A stretch of 64,000 nt of DNA from Histomonas meleagridis 2922-C6/04-290x (GCA_020184695.1 JAANOX010000207.1:1-64000), one strand, 5' to 3'; positions 1 through 12,274 are shown, counted from the first letter of the stretch. Made by a program: numbers and translations. The notes: generated by a model not told the origin, from the letters alone.

Positions 1-971
1 AATTATATAGCAGCGAGATATGTAGCAGAAATTTCTATTGTTTTTGCCGTACCCTATATAATATCCGTTAAATACTATTTGTTACAAGACTCTACCATTA
101 ATAGTTAAATCATTGGTAATAATATTATGAATATGATTTTTCAAAAAGCATTATGATTAATAGAATAACCATTAATTATATTTACTAACAAACGATTTAT
201 ATTTTTTTACAAATCCATTATAGTGTTAATTTTGCTAAACATTTGATTTAAATAATGCATATTCATAATGTTTAACTGTTTAACAGTTAATTCTCTTACT
301 AAAATATTATTTATAAGTTTTTTAAACGATTATCCAAAGGATTTATTATTAAATGATACCTGCCATATGTAAATATGAAAGATTTATCAATACTATCGAT
401 TGTTGTGAAATATATTCCATTAGATAATGTATCAGAAGTTTTACTTTGATTTACAACACTATTCTTATTCTTAAAAGATTTTACAATGAATTTTATTCTA
501 GCAAATTGGTTATTGTTATGACTATTTTTCATTAAATGTACAAAACTGATAATCATTTATCTTCTAGAGAAGAAAATTATACAAATTAAGATTTACATGA
601 AAGTTTCATATGAAAAAGAATTAACAAATGTTAATAAATATAATAGTTATACATTTAGATATCCACAACGTTGGTTAGATTCAACCACGTTTGAACAAAG
701 CTATCGGTATTGGAAAGTTAAAACATTATATATAATAAAAACAAAAAATGATTTTCTCATGTAACTTACAAGATAACATAAAAAAAAATTCGTGAAATTG
801 ACTTTTTGATATAACTCAATGAATATTTTTATAGGTTTTGACGTTAACAAATGTTTGCAAACCAAATACAAATGTCTGACAACTAGTAATAAAATGCTCA
901 CAAATATTTTATTTTTTCTATGAAATTTGAATGTAAACTTTACAATCAGATATTTTACTGCCATAAAAAGG

Positions 972-2407
972 ATGCTTTCATTTTTAACAGAGCAGGATTT
1001 TCTATTCGAATATGTTTATAACGTAGTCCAAGGATCTGAATCTGTTTCAATTTATCAGAAAACATCAGAAGTTCCAGAATCAATTAGCAATAATCTCAAA
1101 ACATTTTGTTTTCCTTTTGAAAAATGCGATATAAAAAATCTTGAGCAATTTAACTTCGCATTTACTGATTCTGATCGCAAATTACTTTTTGCTTTTGTTC
1201 ATTATCATATTGCAGAAGATAATAAAATTCATGCTTATTGTCTCATATCAAAAAGATATCACCCTACACTCTATTCAGAGATAATAAGTAACATTGCAGG
1301 ATTAGATAAAATTCAGCAAAAAGAATATATTTCGGAAGTTATCAATTTAAAACTTAATGTATTTCCATATGATAATACATTAGACACAGCTGCTGCTTCT
1401 CTTCTCAACATTAAAAGTATTGACCACCTTAGTCCATCAAATGAACTTTTGAAGATACTGCATTTTCCCTTCTTGGGCTTCTTTATCCACTTACATGGCC
1501 CGGATCCTTCATTCCAATTCTTCCCGCAGCTATTCAAACTGCTCTTGAAGCTCCGTTTTCTTTTATAATTGGACTTCATTCATCTCTATCATTAAATCTC
1601 CTTAATGACAATCGTTATTTTGTAATAAATGCTGATGCTCGTTATACTTCTACCGTAGGTATAGAAAATCTTCCACAAAACTTAAATGATCTTATTGATA
1701 GAACATCTGAAAACATTCGTATGACTCTTAAGAAGTATTGGCCTATGTTTCCCTTCAAGAAGCTGCAAAACAAATTCCGTAAATTCATTACTAATTTTAT
1801 GGGAGAAGTATATTCTGTTGATCCAAAACAACCTCAACAGATTTACAATAGTTTCACCAAATTTTCCAGTAAAAATAGTAATGAACTTCCAACTGTATTT
1901 AGTCAAACGCAGTTCATTGATCAATTTATGCGCATTTGTTTTGTAGAAAAAGACAAAAACACCATCGAATTGTTTTGGAGCACCCCGCGGGGTGCCTCAA
2001 ATAATATTCGAACAGAAAATAAAGAGGATACAAATACATCCCTCAGAAAAATACAAAATGAAACTTATAACAGGAAAAGCGTAACAATAGCAGCATTTGG
2101 TTTACAACATCGTCGATCAAATTCAATTACTAGCAATTTTGAATCAGCAGAAAAGAAAAGAAGAAGGAAACATCGTACAACACCTACAGATACAACCACC
2201 GATGCACAACAACAAAAACCACATCATAGAAAGCATCGCAAAACAACAAGAAATAGTTTAACATACATTGATCCTTTAAATATGAATTTACAGGAAAACA
2301 GAACAAGAGCTATTTCAGGAACATCTTATACAGATACAAATAGCGAGAAAGATTTACCTATATCAGACGAAGAAGGTAATCCAATCAAATTTGTTAAATT
2401 TGTTTAA
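972..2407 (+). CDS. DENN-domain protein (putative Rab GEF), split by a single-base frameshift at ~1446-1450
   Basis: ORF 927..1568 has a uDENN-like segment (TFCFPF...EQFNFAFTD). A second frame, open from 1445, reads LLGLLYPLTWPGSFIPILP...LEAPFSFIIGLH (core DENN motif) and runs into ORF 1721..2407. First ATG is at 972. Confidence 0.7.
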
Positions 2408-2864
2408 TTTGAAATTTCAGTTATAAATGGGTTGTTGTGTAAGCACATTTTCAAAATTAATTGGGGTTATAAAAATCGATAATTTCAAATTATCAAAACA
2501 TAATGTTTATATATTTATTCTAAAGGTATATCTTAACTCTTGTTTTACATGTGTGTTGAATTGATTTTATGAAATTTTAAGAAATTATGTAGAAATATCT
2601 TCAATATAATATTAAAAGTAAATTTGGAAAAATAAGCAATTTTATTATCTAAGCCAAAAATATTTTTTTTTTCAATACTCAATTAATATGTTAGCAAACT
2701 TGAACAATGTTTTCAACCCTTTTTACCACAAAATATTTATTCAAATTCATAATGTATACATTTGGAACTCCTCCATGTATAAATTGTATGCCATAGGTAT
2801 TAAAGAAAACTTTATTATAACAATTGTTAATGTAAATACATTTGTTATTGTATAATCTAGAAGT

Positions 2865-3115
2865 CATGCCTTTGTCGTATATGTAGTTAATGGATTTTAA
2901 ATGTTAGGAGCAAAGAGAGTAGTTCCGTCTAGCTGTCAATCAAAACCTAATATCACCAAGTCAGACGATTAAAATCCATTCATTTATACAAAAGGTAAAT
3001 GAAAAAATTGAATCGGAGTTTTTTCTCAGCCTTCTGGAATTCCAGAAGAAACCCCAGGGAAGAAAACTCACACGAAATAACACACCGAATATGTTAAACA
3101 TTTGGCCAAATGTTT
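2865..3115 (+). ncRNA. candidate structured non-coding RNA / hairpin cluster
   Basis: 12-bp stem 2889-2900/2969-2980 encloses two crossing helices (2901-2908/2946-2953 and 2926-2930/2963-2967). Downstream are perfect palindromes cttctggaattccagaag and aaacatttggccaaatgttt. No family recognised. Confidence 0.3.
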
Positions 3116-3179
3116 TGTTTGTCTAAAATTTTAGGTTTGAAAAAAACGAAATAATTACGTATTTCTTTAAAGCGATTCC

Positions 3180-3767
3180 TCAGCAACACATGGTTTCATT
3201 TGCATTTTTGTTGAGATCTAACTGTGAAATTTGTGATTGTTCTCTATTTTTCTTTTTTGTATAAACAGCATGAATGCATTCATTAAATGCATTTTCAACA
3301 TTATCCCCATTAAGTGCTGATGTTTCAAAAAACATTATTCCGTGTCGGTCAGCAAGCTCTTGACCTTGTGATGTAGGAACAGTTCTTTGTGCCTCAATAT
3401 CTGTTTTATTTCCAAATAGTGCTATTATACAATCTTCTGGTGCTAATATGCAAACATCTTTGATCCAATCTTCCACCTTTTCAAAAGAAGAGTTATCTGT
3501 GATATCATATACAATAATTGCACAAACGCTATCACGATAATAACTTCTTGTAATAGATCTGAAAACCTCTTGACCTGCTGTATCCCAGATTTGCACTTTA
3601 ATGTTTTTATCTTCAATTTTTACAATTTTAATTGAAAATGTCACACCTACTGTAACATCATGAATTGGTTGAAATCGATTCTCATCAAAACGAAGGATAA
3701 GGCATGATTTACCAACAGAAGAGTTACCGACAACAATGAATTTGTATGTCGCACTGATGTCGCTCAT
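3180..3767 (-). CDS. Rab GTPase, Rab2-like
   Basis: GNSSVGKS, HDVTVGV, WDTAGQEVFRSITRSYYR, GNKTD, ETSA, C-terminal CC. First ATG is at 3767 (MSDISAT). Confidence 0.9.
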   Translation of the reverse strand: MSDISATYKFIVVGNSSVGKSCLILRFDENRFQPIHDVTVGVTFSIKIVKIEDKNIKVQIWDTAGQEVFRSITRSYYRDSVCAIIVYDITDNSSFEKVEDWIKDVCILAPEDCIIALFGNKTDIEAQRTVPTSQGQELADRHGIMFFETSALNGDNVENAFNECIHAVYTKKKNREQSQISQLDLNKNANETMCC

Positions 3768-4004
3768 TTCCAAGCAGGGAAATTTAAGGGCATTCAATCT
3801 TTTGAATCGTCCTATCAATTTCTCAGAAAAAAATTTCGGTGTTTTATTGCATTGAAAAAAGTTGTTTCAAATACCCACAAAAGCGATAAATCAGAAAAAA
3901 TGAAGGAAAATCGGTTTTTAATAACGTTTCATACTTTTCATATAAACTATACAAAATGGTGTGATCAGCAAATTGACTGGAAACATGTTCAGCCATTTAT
4001 AGTC

Positions 4005-4331
4005 ATGCTCTCATTTACAAGGTCTTTTGCAAAATCTCCCGTACAATCTTTACAGCCTCTTTGGGATTATTGCTTAGTTCAAAGATTTGTTACTCCTGAA
4101 AAAACAAATTCCGGATTATATATTCCTGATGCTGTTAAAGGAAGACATAACGAAGGATTAGTAATAGCAACAGGACCAGGAAAGAGAGACAAAAAAGGAA
4201 ATTATACTCCATTAACTCTTAAACCAGGCGACAGAGTATATCTTGCTGATTGGAGTGCAAACGAAGTTAAATTTGATGGAAAGGAATATCTTCTCGTTCG
4301 TGAAGAAGATATCCTTGGCAAACTCAAGTAA
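4005..4331 (+). CDS. HSP10: 10-kDa chaperonin (Cpn10/Hsp10) with hydrogenosomal-type presequence
   Basis: LQPLWDYCLVQR, KTNSGLYIP, GLVIATGPG, LKPGDRV, YLLVREEDILG. The N-terminus MLSFTRSF resembles ML(S/A)..R.F hydrogenosomal leaders. The upstream part of the tracked ORF (3852) is likely non-coding. Confidence 0.92.
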   Translation: MLSFTRSFAKSPVQSLQPLWDYCLVQRFVTPEKTNSGLYIPDAVKGRHNEGLVIATGPGKRDKKGNYTPLTLKPGDRVYLADWSANEVKFDGKEYLLVREEDILGKLK

Positions 4332-4419
4332 ACTAAAAATAAATGTAAATTTTCAAAATCGATTTTACAAGTATTAAATTTGCATCAAATGTGCATTGCA
4401 CGGTTTCACTTTGCATAAT

Positions 4420-4760
4420 CATGCAGATTTTGAGATAGAATTATCTACGAGATTAGTTTTTTAAATGGTCCCATTGTTTCCTTGAAATCATCTACAAATG
4501 GATCTTTAACAATATTATTTAAGATTAATCCAACATTTGTTTAAATATTTTCATTCAATTTCTTCTTTGATGTTACTTTCTAAAATGCTTTATTTATTAT
4601 GAAAACGAATAATTATAATAACAAGTGCTAAAACAATGATAATGAAAACAACACCTTCACAAACAATAATAATAACAATTTGGTTTTATCATCATTCGTA
4701 TCATTTTCATTTTGATTAACATTGGTGTCATAAGAAATGTGAAGAATATTCGATGACTGT
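4420..4760 (-). pseudogene. degenerate C-terminal fragment (TM + DPF tail) of a BspA paralog
   Basis: Resembles 4964-5290 (aatcaaaatgaaaatgatacgaatgatgataaaacc, TM segment, KDPFVDDFKE tail) but has a frameshift and stops and lacks the upstream LRRs. Confidence 0.65.
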
Positions 4761-4963
4761 AAATTTGTAAAATAAGATTAAAAAAACTGTAATATTTTTT
4801 ATACATAAAAACTAATAAATATGTTATTTATTAATATAATTTCAGGTTTTTAACGAAATATATTTTTACTTTTTGGTTTATCCTTTATATGCTGATACCT
4901 TAATACAGTTATTGTATAAATCTATTGGGGACATTTTACAAATTTTGTAATATTTAATCAAAT

Positions 4964-7900
4964 TTAAATGTTATCAATGGTATTATTTTCTATGAAATCA
5001 CCTGCAAATGGATCTTCGTCAATATTTGAAAAGCTCGCTCCAACATCTGCTGAAATTGTAGCAGTTTTTCCAATGTCTTCTTCGCTGATACTTTCCAAAA
5101 TGCTTTGTTTCTTATTCCGAATACGAATAAGTACAATAACAAGTGCTAAAACAATGGTAATGAAAACAACACAAACACAAACAATAATTATAATAATTTT
5201 GGTTTTATCATCATTCGTATCATTTTCATTTTGATTAATAATTGTATAAAATCCTGTATAATAAGAAATATATGAAGAATATTCAATAACTGTGTATTCA
5301 TAATAAATAAAGAATGTTTCAAGATAATAATAAGATGAATTTAATAATGAAATAGATATAGTGTTTGTGAAAACTGTTTTAGGGATAATTGTTTGAGTGA
5401 TTGTACTTGCAAAAACTAAAGTATGAATAAATGTTGCACCAAATTGTAATGATTCAGTAAATGTATTCGATTGACTAAAAGTATTCGACTGAGAAAATGT
5501 ATTCGAATATGTAAAAGAATTTGTAAATGTATGTGTTGGCCAAATATTTTGATCACATTCTTCGACTAATTCACCTTTAATTACACCTAAATTATCGAAT
5601 TTTGATCCTTGATATTCATATGATGTCATTACATATTTTGCAGGAACATTTGCGAAAATATTCGATCCAAGTTTCGGTGATTTATAACCAGTAAAATATA
5701 TACATTTGAGATTGTTACAATTTTGAAATGCATAATTTTGGATGTACTTAACATTTTCTCCAATGATAACAGTTTCTAAGTTTGAACATGAAGAAAATGC
5801 ATATGATCCAATTTGGATAACAGAGTTTGGAATCGTAACATTTACTAATGATGTACAATGATAAAATGTATCTGATTCAAGAAATCTAATAGAATTTGGA
5901 ATGACAATATTAATTAATGATTCACAATAATAAAATGCATCTGATCCAATATAAAAAACTGATTTTGGAATGGTAATATTAATTAATGCTTCACAATAAT
6001 AAAATGCATTTGATCCAATATAAGAAACTGATTTTGGTATTATAAAATCAGTTAATGATGAACAGTAAGAAAATGCATTATTTTCAATTCTTTCTAAATT
6101 TTCACCTTTAATAATTGTCGTTAATTTAGAACAATAATAAAATGAAGCACTTCCAATTGTTATAACAGAATTTGGAATTTCAAATGTTTCACTATTAAAT
6201 CCTTCTGGACAAGAAATTATTGTCGAACAATTTTTATCATAAAGAATTCCATTAATATCAGAATAATAATTATTTTCTTCAGATACTGTGATAGATTCGA
6301 AATTTGGACAATTCCCAAAACAATATGATCCAATAGATTTAACTGATTTTGGAATTGTAATATTTATTAATGAAGTACATTTCCGAAATGCAGAATTACC
6401 GATGGTTGTCACATTTTCTCCAATGATAACAATTTCTAAGTTAGAACAATCATAAAATGCTTCTTGTTTAATGAATATAACAGAATTTGGAATTGCAATA
6501 TTTGTTAATGATATACAAGAACAAAATGAATAACTATCTATTGTTGTAACATTTTCCCCAATGATAACATTTACTAATTTGGAACATGAATAAAATGTAT
6601 TTTGTTGAATTAGAGTAACTAAATTTGGAATTGTAATATTTTTTAATGATGAACAATAACAAAAAGCATGACTTCCAATGGAATTTACATTTTTACCAAT
6701 AATAACTATAACTAATTTATCACTATAATAAAATGCATGATCTTTAATTAAAGTAACAAAATCAGGAATTATGATATTAGTCAATGATGTACAATAAGAA
6801 AATGAATAACTTCCAATTGTCGAAGTAGAATTTGAAATTGATATATTTTTTAATGATGAATAATAAAATGAATAATTTCCAATTGTTATAACAGAATCTG
6901 GAATTTCAAATGTTTCACTATTAAATCCTTCTGGACAATAAATTATTGTCGAACAATTTTTATCATAAAGAATTCCATTAATATCAGAATAATAATTATT
7001 TTCTTCAGATACTTCAATAGTTTGAAGACCTGTACATCTTTCAAAAGCTATTTCGCTAATTGATATCACTGATTTTGAAATTTTTATAGTCTTTAATTTT
7101 GAACAATCGGAAAATACACGATTTCCAATCGATTCAACAGAATCAGAAATTATTATACTTGTTAATGATGTACAATAAGAAAATGCTTCATCTTCAATTG
7201 TTATTACAGAATTTGGAATTGTTATACTTGTTAAAGATGAACAACTTGTAAATAAATTCTTAGCAATTGTTTCAATAATATCAGAAATTTGAATATTTTC
7301 TAATCCACAAGAAGAAAATGCATTATTACCAATTGATTTGACAGTATCAGGAATAATTATATTTGTTAACTTCCGGCAATAAGAAAACGCACTACTACCA
7401 ATTGATGTGACAGAATTTGGAATTATAATATTTGTTAACATTTGGCAAAATGAAAATAAGGATCTAGATATTATTTCAATTTTATCTGAAATTTGAATAT
7501 TTTTCAATGATGAACAGGAATTAAATGAATAATCTCCAATAGATGTAACAGAATTTGGAATAGTAATATTTGTAAATGATGAACAGGAATCAAATGAATG
7601 ACTTCCAATTATTGTAGTAGAATTTGGGATTATAATATTTGTTAATTTATAGCATTCATAAAATGAATAAACTCCAATTTTCGTGACAGAATTCGGAATT
7701 ACAATATTTTGCAATTTAGAGCAATAATAAAATAAAAAATCTTCAATTGCATTGATGCTATTTGAAATATTAATATTAAAATATTCCAAAGAATTGCAAT
7801 GATAAAATGCATTATTTCCAATAGATGTAACAGAATCTGGAATGGTAATATTAATTATTTTAGAACAATAATAAAATGAATAACTTCCAATAGTCACAAC

Positions 7901-9433
7901 AGAATTTGGAATAATGATATTTCTTATTGATGAACAATAATAAAATGAATAATTTCCAATTGTTATAACAGAATTTGGGATTTCAATTGATTCCACTGAA
8001 AATCCTTCTGGACAATAAATAATTGTTGAATAATTTTTATCATAAAGAATTCCATTAATATCAGAATAATAATTATTTTCTTCAGATACTTCAATAGTTT
8101 GAAGACCTGTACATCTTTCAAAAACATTATCACCTATTGATGAAACGGATTTAGGAATAGTAATATTATTTAATGATGAACAATAATTAAATGCATTATT
8201 TCCAATTATTTCAACAGAATCAGAAATTATAATATTTGTCAACGATCTACAATAAGAAAATGCATTATTTCCAATTGTAATTACAGAATTTGGAATTATT
8301 ATACTTGTTAATGATGAACATTGATAAAATGCACCTTCTCCAGTTGTAATTACAGAATTTGGAATTATTATACTTGTTAATGACGAGCAATCAGAAAATG
8401 CACCATCTCCAAGTGATTCAACAGAATCAGGAATTGTAATCTTTGATAATGATGAACATTCATAAAATGTTCCATTTTCAATTGTAATTACAGAACTTGG
8501 AATTATTATACTTGTTAATGATGAACAATCAGAAAATGCACCAATTCCAATTGATTCAACAGAATCAGGAATTATAATATTCAATAATGATGAGCATTGA
8601 GCAAATGCATAATCTCCAATTGTCCTTGTGTTTTTCCCAATGATTACTGTTTCTAATAGTTCACATTGTGTAAATATAAAATCGCCAATTGAAGTGGCTG
8701 AATCAGGAATTTTTATATAATTTAATAAAGCACATTGAGCAAATGCACAATCTCCAATTGTTGTCACATTTTCTCCAATAGAAACTGTTCCTAGTCCAAC
8801 ACAATATAAAAATGAAAAATTTCCAATTGTTGTTACGGAATTTGGCATTGTAATATTACGCATCATAAAACAATAAGTAAATGCAAAATTTCCAATTGTT
8901 GTTACTGTATTTGATATTTCAAATGTATTGTTTGTTTTCCCCATTGGATAACAAATAATTTTTGAATAATCTTTGTTATAAAGAATTCCATCTTTTGATG
9001 AAAAATAATTATTTTCTTCAGAAACTTCAATATGTTGAAAATAATAACCGCAAATAAAAGGGCATTCACCAATTGAAACAACTGATTTCGGAATTGTAAT
9101 ATTATTCACTAAATAACTCAGGAAAAATGTAAAATTTCCAATGGTTTCAACATTTTCTCCAATGATAATGCTTGACATTTTTTCGCATTGAGAAAAAGCA
9201 AAATCACCAATTGAAATAACTGATTTACCAATATCAACTTTGATCAAATAAGGCCATTCTGCAAAAGCATAAGCTGTAATTTCTGTAATAGAACCATCAA
9301 TTATAACATGCAATGCTTCTTCTTTATATAAATCTCTTTCTTCAAATTCTTTTTGTGTCAATAAAGTTAGAGTTTGAGTTGAATTATCAAAAGTTTCAAA
9401 TGTTTGAATGAAAAAGATGGCAAACGAAAACAT
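4964..9433 (-). CDS. BspA-like TpLRR leucine-rich-repeat surface protein (type I membrane)
   Basis: Dozens of 23-aa repeats (IxIPNSVxxIGxxAFxxCxxL), four EENNY(Y/F)S.xxGILYxK islands, an S/T-rich SNTFSQ stalk, a TM helix and an acidic DEDPFAGDF tail. The probable start is MFSFAIFF at 9433; the ORF is open to 9694. Confidence 0.93.
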   Translation of the reverse strand: MFSFAIFFIQTFETFDNSTQTLTLLTQKEFEERDLYKEEALHVIIDGSITEITAYAFAEWPYLIKVDIGKSVISIGDFAFSQCEKMSSIIIGENVETIGNFTFFLSYLVNNITIPKSVVSIGECPFICGYYFQHIEVSEENNYFSSKDGILYNKDYSKIICYPMGKTNNTFEISNTVTTIGNFAFTYCFMMRNITMPNSVTTIGNFSFLYCVGLGTVSIGENVTTIGDCAFAQCALLNYIKIPDSATSIGDFIFTQCELLETVIIGKNTRTIGDYAFAQCSSLLNIIIPDSVESIGIGAFSDCSSLTSIIIPSSVITIENGTFYECSSLSKITIPDSVESLGDGAFSDCSSLTSIIIPNSVITTGEGAFYQCSSLTSIIIPNSVITIGNNAFSYCRSLTNIIISDSVEIIGNNAFNYCSSLNNITIPKSVSSIGDNVFERCTGLQTIEVSEENNYYSDINGILYDKNYSTIIYCPEGFSVESIEIPNSVITIGNYSFYYCSSIRNIIIPNSVVTIGSYSFYYCSKIINITIPDSVTSIGNNAFYHCNSLEYFNINISNSINAIEDFLFYYCSKLQNIVIPNSVTKIGVYSFYECYKLTNIIIPNSTTIIGSHSFDSCSSFTNITIPNSVTSIGDYSFNSCSSLKNIQISDKIEIISRSLFSFCQMLTNIIIPNSVTSIGSSAFSYCRKLTNIIIPDTVKSIGNNAFSSCGLENIQISDIIETIAKNLFTSCSSLTSITIPNSVITIEDEAFSYCTSLTSIIISDSVESIGNRVFSDCSKLKTIKISKSVISISEIAFERCTGLQTIEVSEENNYYSDINGILYDKNCSTIIYCPEGFNSETFEIPDSVITIGNYSFYYSSLKNISISNSTSTIGSYSFSYCTSLTNIIIPDFVTLIKDHAFYYSDKLVIVIIGKNVNSIGSHAFCYCSSLKNITIPNLVTLIQQNTFYSCSKLVNVIIGENVTTIDSYSFCSCISLTNIAIPNSVIFIKQEAFYDCSNLEIVIIGENVTTIGNSAFRKCTSLINITIPKSVKSIGSYCFGNCPNFESITVSEENNYYSDINGILYDKNCSTIISCPEGFNSETFEIPNSVITIGSASFYYCSKLTTIIKGENLERIENNAFSYCSSLTDFIIPKSVSYIGSNAFYYCEALINITIPKSVFYIGSDAFYYCESLINIVIPNSIRFLESDTFYHCTSLVNVTIPNSVIQIGSYAFSSCSNLETVIIGENVKYIQNYAFQNCNNLKCIYFTGYKSPKLGSNIFANVPAKYVMTSYEYQGSKFDNLGVIKGELVEECDQNIWPTHTFTNSFTYSNTFSQSNTFSQSNTFTESLQFGATFIHTLVFASTITQTIIPKTVFTNTISISLLNSSYYYLETFFIYYEYTVIEYSSYISYYTGFYTIINQNENDTNDDKTKIIIIIVCVCVVFITIVLALVIVLIRIRNKKQSILESISEEDIGKTATISADVGASFSNIDEDPFAGDFIENNTIDNI

Positions 9434-10499
9434 GAAAATTTTACAATCTGATTTTTTTATATTGATATGAAACAAAATATTTTTTTGGAATATTTTGACA
9501 AAATTGTTGTATTTACTTAAAAACAATGCAAAAATGATAATGAGTAAAGCAAATGGTAAGGTATTATTTGAATAATATGAATGATTTAGATTTTGAGATA
9601 ATGTTTGATTTGCTAATATTGGGTTCCTTTGCAAGGATTTAATATATGATAGTAGATGGGCGTTCAGTAAAATCGAGTGTATACAAGGATACATAGAGCG
9701 TTTTCTTTGTGGGCTTGTAAGCCAAAAAAATTGTGTTTAGTAAAATTGATACACCGAAAACAACCCTATTGAATTTTCTTTTGAATAACTTGTTGTGGTT
9801 CAAATAAAACGGTTATGAATGCAAAAAATCAATGCTACAGTACATCTGTCAGATGGCCGGTTTATTAGAAATTCGAAGTACGATCGCATCTTAACTACTT
9901 TACACATGTTTCGAGCACTTTTTGAAAATTATGGTTACAGTCATTACAAAAGATCCGATCCTGGATAACATTCATTGTATACGAAGTTTTTTGATCTATG
10001 AACTTTACAATTTCTTGTGTACTAAACGAGGTTACTACTGGTTGTAATAAAATGATTTGTATCAAATAATGCCCATATATAAAAAAGATAATTTTCTCAA
10101 CGTTAAAAATCATAAATTAAACCAACAAGAAGGTGGAAAAGGAAAAATTTATTTTTTTGCATGATAAAACATAATTAAAAGAAAAATAAAATCAAACTAT
10201 TTCTTTTTTGAGTTTAATCAATATCTTTAGTTATTCATAGGGTCACACTAGCAATATGTAATACCAAGCCATTTATTTTCAGTGTGCACGTAAGATATTA
10301 TCACCACATTCATTATGCAATATTGGCAAGAGTTATTATATTTATTCAAATTAAATAAACCTTTAAATTTAAAGATATGTATCCTTTAATATTAGAGATT
10401 TATAGATACAAAATGCCAATTATTTAACGATTTAAATATTTCCAATGATATTTTCATTAAAATATTTTGTAAACAGTTCTTCATCAATTTTAGTTAAGT

Positions 10500-11290
10500 T
10501 TATAGCAAGACTGAATGAAACATTGTGTTTTTATCTTCATCGCTGTTACTTTCCAAAATGCTTTGTTTCTTATTATGAATATGAATAAGTACAATAACAA
10601 GTGCTAAAACAATGGTAATGAAAACAACACAAACACAAACAATAATTATAATAATTTTGGTTTTATCATCATTCGTATCATTTTCATTTTGATTAATAAT
10701 TGTATAAAATCCTGTATAATAAGAAATATATGAAGAATATTCAATAACTGTGTATTCATAATAAATAAAGAATGTTTCAAGATAATAATAAGATGAATTT
10801 AATAATGAAATAGATAGTGTTTGTGAAAACTGTTTTAGGGATAATTGTTTGAGTGATTGTACTTGCAAAAACTAAAGTATGAATAAATGTTGCACCAAAT
10901 TGTAATGATTCAGTAAATGTATTCGATTGACTAAAAGTATTCGACTGAGAAAATGTATTTGATTTACTAAAAATATTTGATTAAGTGAATTCATTCGATT
11001 GACTAAAAGTATCCGATTGAGAAAATGTATTTGATTTAGTAAACGTATAGGAATTTGTAAATGTGTGTGTTGGCCAAATATATTGATCACATTCTTCAAT
11101 TGATTCGTCTTTAATTACATCCAACGTGAGGAATTTTGATCCTTAATATAAATCTGATGTCATTACATATTTTGCAGGAACGCCATTAAATGCATTAAAT
11201 TCAAATGTTAGTGGTTCTTTATAACCAATAAAATATATACATTTGAGATTGTTCCAATTGTAAAATGCAACTATCTATAATTTTAACATT
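10500..11290 (-). pseudogene. 5'-truncated, frameshifted BspA paralog (last LRR, stalk, TM)
   Basis: 10560-10940 is near-identical to 5100-5480. A 2-nt deletion (aatagatagtg vs aatagatatagtg) splits the frame, and there is no N-terminal LRR array upstream. Confidence 0.8.
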
Positions 11291-12274
11291 TTCTTCAATG
11301 AAACAAATTCATTAAAAATAATGAAGAAATTAATATTAACAAATCAATTAATGAGATATTTTTGCAACATGGAACATCTATATCTTGAAGTTTAAATGCA
11401 TTTGGATAATATATTTCATCCGTCAACACTGAATTCTTTGAAATGGCCTGTACATATGGAACCAAACGAGTAATTAAAATCATCGATAATTTGGAGGGCA
11501 TGTGAATTTATTTCTTCTTATTTAAATGTGGCATGAAGCCAAGAAAAAAATTGAATGCACGCGATTGAAATAACCGAAATAATCGGTCGGAGTGCACAAT
11601 TCCCACATTGAAAAACTGGTTCTGACGGTTTAGTATACAAAAAATAAAAAATATCGTGGAGAAAAAAGTTGTCAAGGCCAAGTGACTTAACGTCTTTTTA
11701 ATTCTTTGGGGGTGTATCCAACAAAAAATGAAATGAAATATTTCATGTAAAGCAATCAAATTAAGGGCACCTTTTTCATCTGATCGTACAAATGTGGTCT
11801 TCAGTCAACGGTTTGCCCCCACCTGAAAACTCTAGATAAATAAAAACAAATTTCTTACTTTTTGTTTCTTGTTCCACAAGGCAAATCAAAGTGATGTCAT
11901 AACATTGAGTTCAAGACCAAAAAATTTAAGCTCAAATTTGATTTTGTAAACCATTCAATTATGGGCTGCCCTTATAACCGCAAATCATGTTTTTGGTGTT
12001 TCTGGATTTTTGTATCACATCTTTGGCTTAAGATCACGTTCTTTCTGGGCTCAATTCAGCGCTTCAACATAGTTCTTTTACGATTAAAGTTATTGATAAT
12101 TTGATTTATGGCTTTTGTGTAATAGAAAGTCTTTTCTTGGGTGATTTTGATTATTTTACAACGCCGTTTTGTGAGTGATAATTCAATTCAAACGTCAGTT
12201 ATTTTCAATACTTTAGTCATAGAAAAATTGATAGGGAAAAAAACGATGATTTGCCTCGGCTCGTCACTTTCATC

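Noticed and set aside
311-964. Short minus-strand ORFs at the window start, and the many antisense or nested ORFs within long genes
   Set aside because: AT-rich low-complexity translations or shadows of real genes, with no motifs.
1980-1995. GC-rich palindromes (gcaccccgcggggtgc; also cggggtaccccg near 31937)
   Set aside because: Isolated, unrelated to each other, and one lies in coding sequence; no evidence of function.
9895-10113. 72-aa ORF with a CxxC motif between BspA copies
   Set aside because: Short, no clear start or domain; probably a fragment or chance ORF.
11500-12190. Coding-like decayed sequence, and a ctttggcttaagatca motif resembling U2 snRNA
   Set aside because: Multiple stops and no recognisable family. 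The U2 branch-pairing GTAGTA and Sm site are missing.
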